From: an uncultured archaeon
GTDB taxonomy: Archaea; Asgardarchaeota; Thorarchaeia; Thorarchaeales; CAZPUN01
Assembly (NCBI GenBank): GCA_964589775.1
Contig: CAZPUN010000030.1
Coordinates: 1 to 17,197 of the forward strand
Reading direction: 5' to 3'
Length of the DNA: 17,197 nt
Under the pieces are notes generated by a model, which saw nothing but the letters and a program-made list of their open reading frames with translations, ran no database searches and was not told the origin of the DNA. Position numbers and translations under genes: made by a program. Below, in pieces: positions 1 through 7,389 of the stretch. Each line of letters begins with the position of its first letter. Position 1 is the first letter of the stretch.

Positions 1-4
1 CCTT

Positions 5-931
5 TTAAAGTCTGTATTTCATACTGTCTTGCGCCCCAACCTCATCATTGACCTCATCATTGACCTCATCATTGACCTCATCATTGACCTCATCATTGAC
101 CTCATCATTGACCTCATCATTGACCTCATCATTGACCTCATCATTGACCTCATCATCGTTTGACTCAATAGTATCATTGCTCGCTATCTTTACTACCCAA
201 CTATCATACTCCTTAACAAACATATCATCCAATAAACTAAAACACATCATTTCTTTTCCTTTTCGTACTTTCAGTTTCTCATAGATCCATTCCGATATTT
301 TTGATACCCCGAATTTCATTGCATCCACTAGTATCTCTGTCAGAATTGCAAATATTATTGCAGACATAATTTGTAGCACGGGCATTTGGTGTGGCAGATG
401 CCTGTTATATTGTATGGGGGTATCTTCTATATATGTTTTATTCAGATTTTGGACCATTTCACCGTATTGAGTATTCATTAATGTGATATAATCAATACCT
501 ACATTATGAATGACCTGCCCAAAATGCTTTATCCCACCCGTTCGATAAGCATCTGAAATAATCCATCTTAGATCTTTTCGAATTGGACAGTACTCAATAC
601 TTTGGTGTGGTCTATTATTATATGCGAATTGCGAATAATCCATTATTTGAAAATCAAGCAATTGATTTTGTTTTATAGAGCCTACATTTTCTGAAACTTG
701 TTTGCGGATTTTGAAATTATATTGTGTACGAAATACTTGTTTTTTGTTCTTATGATTAAATTTTCCCACAAAATTTGAATTATGTTTTGTATGTGTTAAT
801 TTCTGAATGCTGTGTGTGAGTGTTTTTATCCTTATATATACTGAAAAATCAGTTGGTGTTTTCATATTACGAATGTTATCCATTAGCATGTGTGTCTTAT
901 AGTATTGTGTTATTGTTAAACTCCCCCGCAT
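5..931 (-). CDS. Hypothetical protein with a hydrophobic/amphipathic helix and an acidic C-terminal (NDEV)9 repeat tail
   Basis: 308-codon ORF in AT-rich DNA. Hydrophobic segment MSAIIFAILTEILVDAMKFGVSKISEWIYEKLK. A decayed copy at ~5455-5607 keeps the peptide motifs, partly through synonymous changes, which supports coding status. Start codon uncertain and no family recognised. Confidence 0.6.
   Translation of the reverse strand: MRGSLTITQYYKTHMLMDNIRNMKTPTDFSVYIRIKTLTHSIQKLTHTKHNSNFVGKFNHKNKKQVFRTQYNFKIRKQVSENVGSIKQNQLLDFQIMDYSQFAYNNRPHQSIEYCPIRKDLRWIISDAYRTGGIKHFGQVIHNVGIDYITLMNTQYGEMVQNLNKTYIEDTPIQYNRHLPHQMPVLQIMSAIIFAILTEILVDAMKFGVSKISEWIYEKLKVRKGKEMMCFSLLDDMFVKEYDSWVVKIASNDTIESNDDEVNDEVNDEVNDEVNDEVNDEVNDEVNDEVNDEVNDEVGAQDSMKYRL
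39..158. repeat. 12-bp tandem repeat ACCTCATCATTG, 9 perfect copies plus one single-mismatch copy
   Basis: Read directly: perfect units at 39-146, last unit ACCTCATCATCG at 147-158. Encodes DDEV(NDEV)9 on the minus strand. No spacers. Confidence 0.98.
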
Positions 932-1092
932 GGAGAATCTATTTTTCGTATGTTGCCGCTGATTTTATAATTTGTAAAATCATATTTTTAAGTTTTATAT
1001 TTCTTTTTTACTATTAATTCCAAAATTTACAAAAAAATAAAATAAAAAGTAAAATTAGAAATCTTTCTGATTTCCGTTAGCGCCAAAAATGT

Positions 1093-2229
1093 TCAATTGG
1101 GTGTTAAGCATGGTACGCTGTTAAGTAATTTTTCTACTGTGTAAGCTATGTAATATGGATGATGCTCGCTTCCCGTCCATAATAGGACGATTAGATTACC
1201 AAAATGGTATAATCTTTGTGCCAATGCTATTGAGACCGGATGTGGGACTTTCAGAGCAAGGTACAATGTGCTTTTTGTTGTTTCTAGTATTTGTTCAAAG
1301 ATTGTTGAGATTTTGATAAATGCAGCAGATGAAATCTCTTTGACATCCTTACTTGGCAACCATTGATCACTCTTTGATGATTTTATCTCGATCCATGCGT
1401 CTGCATTTGGGCATGTTTGTTTAATATTGAAATCTTTTCTCGCAAGTGATTCAGTTATATTGATAAAAATAACCGGATATTTGATTCCAAACTCTTTTAC
1501 TAGATCTGGAAGATCTTCTATATCTACAGTTGTTGTTTGATTTGTTTGAAAGTGATGTACGATGGCGAAAAATTCTATTTTTTCCTTATATTGTGATGGA
1601 CTCGGGCGAGACTGCCATACTTTTTTCATTTTTTTCTTTGAGAAGTCCCATACTATATATTTCTGGTGAGATTTTCCTAAGAATAAGCCTAATGCGAATG
1701 ATACTGGTATTGGTGTTTCATTATCGATGTATATATGCATAACTGTATTTTCAGTTCCGAATAGGTATTCTTGCAGAATTTTTAGTTTGTACCAAGTTTG
1801 ATTTATCAAGTCGTACACTTTTTTGTATGGGTTTTCGTTTGGGATTCGCACGAGGTATAAGTTATCCTCTGTAAGTGCAGTTTTGGTGCCTAATAGAGAA
1901 TCAAATTTATCTATGTTTACTTTTCTATATCTCCATCCCATATTAGCTTTTAATATTTTCAACGTATCTACCGAACTACCTATTACAAATGGGACATTAT
2001 GTACTGATTTGTACCGAATCATTCCACTTATGAAGCTTCCGAGTATAATAAAAAGTATTTTTAGTGTCATGGTATATATTGAGGAAGTTATAACTGGAAT
2101 ATTTTGAAGCGGAAATTGATCTATTATTGTAAAAATCTCCGGAAATGAGATAATCAATAGAATAGTTGCATTAGCTGATAAGATAAAATCTTTTGTATAT
2201 TTGCCTCCGGCAATAAAATAGTCTATCAT
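1093..2229 (-). CDS. 2TM-SAVED domain protein (membrane effector with a cyclic-oligonucleotide sensor; Saf-2TM/Cap14-like architecture)
   Basis: Two N-terminal hydrophobic segments (FILSANATILLIISFPEIFTII; IYTMTLKILFIILGSFISGMI). Two pseudo-symmetric SAVED lobe motifs follow, HIYIDNETPIPVSFALGLFL and LYLALKVPHPVSIALAQRL...VLLW...HPYY. ATG at 2229 is preceded by the SD-like AGGAGTAGAGG and is preferred over the GTG at 2247. Confidence 0.8.
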   Translation of the reverse strand: MIDYFIAGGKYTKDFILSANATILLIISFPEIFTIIDQFPLQNIPVITSSIYTMTLKILFIILGSFISGMIRYKSVHNVPFVIGSSVDTLKILKANMGWRYRKVNIDKFDSLLGTKTALTEDNLYLVRIPNENPYKKVYDLINQTWYKLKILQEYLFGTENTVMHIYIDNETPIPVSFALGLFLGKSHQKYIVWDFSKKKMKKVWQSRPSPSQYKEKIEFFAIVHHFQTNQTTTVDIEDLPDLVKEFGIKYPVIFINITESLARKDFNIKQTCPNADAWIEIKSSKSDQWLPSKDVKEISSAAFIKISTIFEQILETTKSTLYLALKVPHPVSIALAQRLYHFGNLIVLLWTGSEHHPYYIAYTVEKLLNSVPCLTPN

Positions 2230-2265
2230 AACCTCTACTCCTAACACATAATATTCATTATATAC

Positions 2266-2285
2266 ACTTTTTATAATAAAAAAGT
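2266..2285. promoter_or_regulatory. AT-rich inverted repeat / TATA-like element between herA and the SAVED gene
   Basis: ACTTTTT-N6-AAAAAGT; the minus strand contains TTATAAAA about 40 bp upstream of ATG 2229. Could be an internal promoter or a T-tract terminator. Confidence 0.3.
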
Positions 2286-2286
2286 T

Positions 2287-3807
2287 TTAGTATCTGAAAT
2301 AATCTGATTCTCCAATATGTCTTGAATATCGCCTTCGCATTTTCATTAGGATTCCAGAACGAACTGCAATTCCTGTTAGCATTGCGGAGCCATTTGGCAA
2401 GTGGGGGATCCTTTTCTGTTCGGAGCTTACTCCAATATCTACGTACGGCAAAATATAATCTAAATCAGTCTTGCTAGTAATTCGCAATATGAATTTTGTT
2501 CCGCACTGACTAAGAGCATCCTTGTCGAGTCCGATAATTCTCTGACTTGCAAATATTAATGATACCCCGAATTTTCGTCCTTCTCTTGCCAATCTACGCA
2601 GTACATATTTCGTATAAACTCTACGATCCTGAGGCGCAAATTTGTGAGCTTCTTCTACTACGATTACTATAGGTGGGATTTTTTCTTCTTTTCGTAGTTC
2701 AAACAATGAATCTAAGAGGTATCCTGTTAATGCGAGCTTTACTTTTTCTGGCAGGTCTTCGCTGAGGTCAAAAATTGTAGCAACTCCTTTCTTGATGTAT
2801 TTTTCAACAGGAAACTTGTCACCAAAAATATGGAATCTTTCAAGTGTCTTTAATTTTCGTATTAATGTTCTTATAGTTACTTTATTGAAATTTTCTTGCT
2901 TGATTAATTGGTCTTGGAAGAGTTCCAGGTCTTGAATTGTATTTATATTACTTAATGCACTATTTTCTGAATTATTTTCAAGTGCTTTTTGTTTTGCTGC
3001 ATATATAATATTTGAAAGTGTGTATATAACATCTTGTTGCGCCTGTGTTGCATCAATTAGTTCAATAATTGCATCGGGGCTAATATCATTTATTGGTATT
3101 CTAAAGGCTGATTTTCCTTTATCATCTCGTATTGGTATTTTCTTAATTGGGAACCCTCTTCCATTAATGCCTTCTTCATTGAGCAATTCGGGATCATCGG
3201 ATGGTTGTGCCAAACCATGATATTCTCCATGTGGATCTATTATGACAACTGGAATTCCTCTATCAAGTAACTCTTCTACAATTATACCCACAGTATAACT
3301 TTTGCCGGAGCCTGTAGAGCCTAGAATTGCTATATGATGTGACAATAAGCGATTAGCGTTCAGATGTACTTTCATATTGTTTGCTACTAAGCGGCCGATG
3401 TATATTCCGGTCGGATCAAAATTTAGGTAATCTTCAAGCATTTTTTCATTTGCAGGATAGACGTATTCGCCAGGTTCAGGAGCATCATTTGGAACTGTGA
3501 ATTTATTATCCTCATAGTTGGTAAGAATCTCGACATGTGCGATTCTCCATCTTGACAAATTTTGTGGAAAGTGAGCGGATGGTGGAATTTCATAAGTCAT
3601 CTGCTCTTGAACCAATTTTGGATTCTTGAAAAATTCATTTGACGTGCTAATCAATGTAATTCTACCTAATATGACTCGTGTTCCTATTGGGATTTCGACA
3701 AACTGCCCGACACGAACATCCGCTTCATCGTGGATTTGAAACCTAAATGAAAGATGGGTGGGCCCATTATAATCCGAAATAATTATACCGAGTTCGTCTT
3801 TCATCAT
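2287..3807 (-). CDS. herA: HerA-family (FtsK/HerA) ATPase/DNA translocase with N-terminal HAS barrel
   Basis: N-terminal beta-rich HAS-like region (VRVGQFVEI...LGRI), Walker A HIAILGSTGSGKS, IIDPHGEY, Walker B IVIVVEEAHKF, arginine finger REGRKFG, sensor ASQR. Starts 3 nt after the upstream stop, with SD GGGGT overlapping that stop. Confidence 0.93.
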   Translation of the reverse strand: MMKDELGIIISDYNGPTHLSFRFQIHDEADVRVGQFVEIPIGTRVILGRITLISTSNEFFKNPKLVQEQMTYEIPPSAHFPQNLSRWRIAHVEILTNYEDNKFTVPNDAPEPGEYVYPANEKMLEDYLNFDPTGIYIGRLVANNMKVHLNANRLLSHHIAILGSTGSGKSYTVGIIVEELLDRGIPVVIIDPHGEYHGLAQPSDDPELLNEEGINGRGFPIKKIPIRDDKGKSAFRIPINDISPDAIIELIDATQAQQDVIYTLSNIIYAAKQKALENNSENSALSNINTIQDLELFQDQLIKQENFNKVTIRTLIRKLKTLERFHIFGDKFPVEKYIKKGVATIFDLSEDLPEKVKLALTGYLLDSLFELRKEEKIPPIVIVVEEAHKFAPQDRRVYTKYVLRRLAREGRKFGVSLIFASQRIIGLDKDALSQCGTKFILRITSKTDLDYILPYVDIGVSSEQKRIPHLPNGSAMLTGIAVRSGILMKMRRRYSRHIGESDYFRY

Positions 3808-3810
3808 GAA

Positions 3811-5217
3811 TTACCCCAGAATATCTTGTACGCCTGAATGAAGAGCACTCCTTATCATTGCGGCGATTTCTTCGCTCAAGAATCCATTATGCCGGCTACA
3901 TAACAACTCAGCAGCGGAAATAACTCCAGGTCCTGCATCAATATCATTTGAAGCTGCCGGAATTGTATTCGTGTATAAAATATCTAAAATTTCTTTGTAG
4001 TCTTCTTCTGGATGATTTGAGATAAGTTCGATTTTGAATACATTTGGTTCTCTCTTGAAATAAAATTCATACCAATTGTTAATTTTCATACGGCCTTTTT
4101 CGACGGGTCTATGTATAAGGCATGTTGCATCGCCATCTTCAAGTATGCTCATAAGAAAGTTTAGATCATTCGTATCTGTAACCTTAATTCCATATTCTGT
4201 TTTGAGAACTTTTTGGATATATCTATCATGGGAAATCCTACTTATTCCTACGATTGGAATATCTAAGTTTCCTGATTTAAATACTAGATCTAAGAATAAT
4301 TCTTCAGATTCCTTATATAATTTGGTTAATTCCCGGCTGATCTTCTTGATGAATCCATGCGTCTTAAGTGTTCCTTGATGTAATAAGAATTTCAGCTCAT
4401 CCTTATGTTTTTCTATTGTATTTATGTCAAGCCGATAATGCAAATTCGTTTTCAAAACGCGTGCAGCTTCATTCCTAGCAGATTCAAGTATGTCCGGAAA
4501 ATCTGTTATTATTTCATAAAATGGGTCTACTTCACTAATCGGATAATTCTCTTCAATAGGTATTATCGTCGGAATTGAATCTTTAATCGATTTATTTTCG
4601 TCCATAATCCCTCTATTGTAATACGCAACATATACAGATGCACTAAGTATCACCATCGACATAACTGCAAAATTTGAAATGCGATAGTTTCTCAAAGAAC
4701 TTTTTGAAACTGTACCCGCAAACCATATGTTATGTAATCTTAATCTTCTTGCGATCTTTTTATTTATTAACCATTTCCCCATAAATCCATACTCTTTTAA
4801 TTTTTCATTGATTTCTAAATTCCTAATCTGTTTAACAAAATGTTCATCCCATGCGATATCTAAATTAATCTTCTGTAATACTGATTGAACTTTTTTTCTA
4901 ATTTGTGGATTCTCCCATTCTTCCCCAGTATAATCAATCAGGTTTTCAATGGAAATTTGACTTTTGGGATCTAACGGATCTATCTTAACAATTGCAGCAT
5001 ATTTTTCATGATTTACTCTATATTTCCCATTTCCCAAATAAATTAGAAAGTTAATGTCGCGTAGATGCTTTAGATAATTCCTTATTGCTCTCTCCGTTAG
5101 GTTTAATGCTTCTGCAAGGTCTTTGCCTGTAAATTCTCCCTTTGTATAATCTAATTCGATCGCTTTTTGAATTACATCATTTATTCGGGCTTTCAGGGTC
5201 GATACTGTCTTTCCCAG
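3811..5217 (-). CDS. nurA: wHTH-NurA-like fusion protein, NurA domain apparently catalytically inactive (about 468 aa, CTG start)
   Basis: The frame of ORF 3811..5037 stays open for 60 more codons to CTG at 5217, which has SD AGGGGG upstream. The extension encodes a wHTH (FTGKDLAEALNLTERAIRNYLKHLRDINFLIYLGNGKYRV). NurA-type motifs: IPIVGISR, NDLNFLMSILEDGD, YEFYFK...VFKIEL, PGVISAAELLC. Directly adjacent to herA. Confidence 0.75.
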   Translation of the reverse strand: MGKTVSTLKARINDVIQKAIELDYTKGEFTGKDLAEALNLTERAIRNYLKHLRDINFLIYLGNGKYRVNHEKYAAIVKIDPLDPKSQISIENLIDYTGEEWENPQIRKKVQSVLQKINLDIAWDEHFVKQIRNLEINEKLKEYGFMGKWLINKKIARRLRLHNIWFAGTVSKSSLRNYRISNFAVMSMVILSASVYVAYYNRGIMDENKSIKDSIPTIIPIEENYPISEVDPFYEIITDFPDILESARNEAARVLKTNLHYRLDINTIEKHKDELKFLLHQGTLKTHGFIKKISRELTKLYKESEELFLDLVFKSGNLDIPIVGISRISHDRYIQKVLKTEYGIKVTDTNDLNFLMSILEDGDATCLIHRPVEKGRMKINNWYEFYFKREPNVFKIELISNHPEEDYKEILDILYTNTIPAASNDIDAGPGVISAAELLCSRHNGFLSEEIAAMIRSALHSGVQDILG

Positions 5218-5271
5218 AACAATTCCCCCTTACATTATATTTCCTTTTTGGTCATATATTATTTATATTAC

Positions 5272-5308
5272 AAAGATATATAAAGATATATATAAATGAA
5301 CTCGTTCA
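5272..5308 (-). promoter_or_regulatory. Putative promoter/operator of the wHTH-NurA/HerA cassette
   Basis: Minus-strand TTTATATA at 5296-5289, overlapping a tandem 10-bp repeat AAAGATATAT (5272-5281, 5282-5291) and flanked by the palindrome TGAAC-TC-GTTCA (5297-5308). Confidence 0.4.
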
Positions 5309-5454
5309 AAAAAAGGTTCCATCATAAATATACGATTTTTATTTATTCAATAATTTATTTTCAATCAGCGATCTTTGCGGGCTACTTTTCAACAGACGGA
5401 TATCATATCTTCTTATGGCCTGTTCTACATGTGAATAAACTGATCATCTTTTTG

Positions 5455-5607
5455 TGGTGTGGCAGATGCCTATTATATTTTGTGTCATTTCCTTATATTA
5501 TATACTTTATTCAAATCATGGACCATTTAATCTTATCATTGTCTCATTTGAAAATATAGAATCTACTTATTTACTGAATAGCTTACACAAAATGCTTTAT
5601 CTCCACC
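5455..5607 (-). pseudogene. Frameshifted relic paralogous to the central part of the 5..931 gene
   Basis: Three collinear exact matches: TGGTGTGGCAGATGCCT (387-403 vs 5455-5471), TGGACCATTT (450-459 vs 5519-5528) and CAAAATGCTTTATC (520-533 vs 5588-5601), with offsets 5068/5069/5068. Peptides IKHFV, MVHDLNKVY and YNRHLPHH compare with IKHFG, MVQNLNKTY and YNRHLPHQ, and are no longer in a single frame. Confidence 0.8.
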
Positions 5608-5803
5608 ATTTGAAACAATGGACATTTTTAATTGGGTCCCTATATTTCGTCTCAGTCATATCAAATGTTAAAAATTAGATCAAAATGTAAATGATTATCG
5701 TGTATTGCATATTTTTCGCTATATCTACATTTAATTCATAAACAGAGAAAATGAATAGTTGTGTCCTGCCATTTCACTGTGTCGAGTGCCTTTTGCAAAT
5801 CAA

Positions 5804-5866
5804 TTATTTATTATTCATTATTCATTATTCATTATTTATTATTTATTATTTATTATTCATTATTCA
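5804..5866. repeat. Heptamer tandem repeat TTATT(C/T)A x9
   Basis: Read directly: TTATTTA, 3x TTATTCA, 3x TTATTTA, 2x TTATTCA. Confidence 0.92.
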
Positions 5867-5919
5867 CTTATGCATTCTTGTTTATTTCTAATTGTATTTT
5901 CTCTATTTAGTTGTTATTG

Positions 5920-5958
5920 TATTTATTGTTGGTTTTATTATTATTTATTGTTGGTTTT
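5920..5958. repeat. 17-bp direct repeat TATTTATTGTTGGTTTT x2
   Basis: Copies at 5920-5936 and 5942-5958. Confidence 0.85.
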
Positions 5959-6570
5959 CAAAGATCTGCATAGTATGGCACTCTACACTTTAGTGTGGCA
6001 GTGCACATTATATTATTTCTATTTATTATTAAATGAATATTATTTTAAAAATATTCCTATAATTTATAGTGTTAAAATCATTGTATTGGAGCAGTGATTT
6101 GATTAATTTTTTATCTTTAAAATCATTAATTTTACTAAATTGTACTTTTAGTATTATTAAAAAGTTGAAAAATACTGATTTTCTAATTAAATATAAATTT
6201 CTTAAAGTGATTGGAGATATTTTTCGTGAGTGCCTCACGTATATATGATTTATGATAAAATAAGACTTTTGAGATTGCATGATTTTATGTAATTTTTCAG
6301 ACTATTAATTCGATTTCAAATTTGGGTCCTTTGATCATTAAAATTTGACGATATAATAATACATAATGTTTTCGTCCTAAAAAGAGAAAATTATGGGATT
6401 TTTCAATTTGTAATAGGAAATATCTATTTTGCAATTGTTAATTTATGATTCATTCAGAAATATTTTATTCAAAAAATGCCTGAAATATAATTTTCTATTT
6501 TTTCTACGGACTATTACTAACTTAAGTATATAATTTAATGAGCCACAAAAAAGTAAATTAATTCGACTAG

Positions 6571-6581
6571 TTTATAAGCTT
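6571..6581 (+). promoter_or_regulatory. TATA-box-like element upstream of the amidotransferase gene
   Basis: TTTATAAGCTT about 50 bp upstream of ATG 6623; the same 11-mer occurs at 11420-11430 upstream of the wHTH regulator. Confidence 0.45.
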
Positions 6582-6622
6582 TTGATTTTTATCAAATCAA
6601 AAATTTAAAGATGTGAGCGATA

Positions 6623-7372
6623 ATGTGCAGATTGTATGCGATTATTTCTGATTCATTTATTGATGGAAATTTTATCGACAGTGCATTAAATTATTTAAGT
6701 CCATTAAGTAAAAAGCACAAAGATGGTTGGGGTGTTGGATATTACAATTTTGGGCGTCCTATGATTTATAAAAGCGACAAGTCTCTTTATATGGATACTT
6801 TTCCGGAATCACTTCGTAAAGACTTAAAAAATTCGAAAATTATCTTTTTCCATATTCGAAGGGCGAGTCCTGGTATTGCCATTAATATGGATAATGTTCA
6901 TCCTTTCAAGCTGGGTAATTACATTTTTGCTCATAATGGAACAATTAATAATTATAAGGATAGAATTTTACCGCAATTAAGTAGAAAAGTACAACAATCC
7001 TTGAGTGATCATACGGACTCTGAAGCGATGTTTTATTATCTATATGACAAGCTAATACAAGGGTATTCCTACAAAGAATCATTTGAGAAACTTTTGGGCA
7101 TATTAGATAACGATTTTACTGCACTCAACACTATGCTATCTGATGGTTTGTCATTTTATGTTACAAACCTATGGAATATCAAGCCAAATTATCATTCATT
7201 GTATTATCGAATAATTGAGGAAGAAGAAACTCGTACAATGATGATACGTTCGACAGCAGATTCTAAAAATGACGAAGATATTGCTCCGATTGGTCCAGAA
7301 TGGATAAAAATTGGGAATCACAAGATGATGATAGTATCGCCAAATCTTGAGATTCGAATGGAGGACATATAA
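6623..7372 (+). CDS. Class II (Ntn) glutamine amidotransferase, YafJ/EgtC-like stand-alone family
   Basis: N-terminal nucleophile MCRL, HKDGWGVGYY, HIRRAS, NVHPF, FAHNGTI, TDSE. Confidence 0.93.
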   Translation: MCRLYAIISDSFIDGNFIDSALNYLSPLSKKHKDGWGVGYYNFGRPMIYKSDKSLYMDTFPESLRKDLKNSKIIFFHIRRASPGIAINMDNVHPFKLGNYIFAHNGTINNYKDRILPQLSRKVQQSLSDHTDSEAMFYYLYDKLIQGYSYKESFEKLLGILDNDFTALNTMLSDGLSFYVTNLWNIKPNYHSLYYRIIEEEETRTMMIRSTADSKNDEDIAPIGPEWIKIGNHKMMIVSPNLEIRMEDI

Positions 7373-7389
7373 AAATAAGATTGTGAGGA

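Noticed and set aside
39-158. CRISPR array
   Set aside because: The 12-bp units abut with no unique spacers; it is a coding VNTR.
48-284. Plus-strand (TSSL)n ORF
   Set aside because: Antisense shadow of the tandem repeat inside the longer minus-strand gene.
2287-5217. Canonical herA-nurA-mre11-rad50 repair operon
   Set aside because: No mre11 or rad50 is adjacent, and this NurA lacks the catalytic Asp motifs and carries a wHTH.
5142-6280. Short ORFs in the AT-rich gap (5142..5327, 5296..5559, 5454..5678, 5759..6097, 6029..6280)
   Set aside because: Low-complexity F/Y/I/L-rich translations caused by T-skew and repeats, or antisense to the wHTH and the pseudogene; no SD or domain signal.
5230-6622. 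Replication origin or IS element
   Set aside because: No ORB boxes with G-strings, no cdc6/orc1 neighbour, no transposase, and no terminal inverted repeats recognised.
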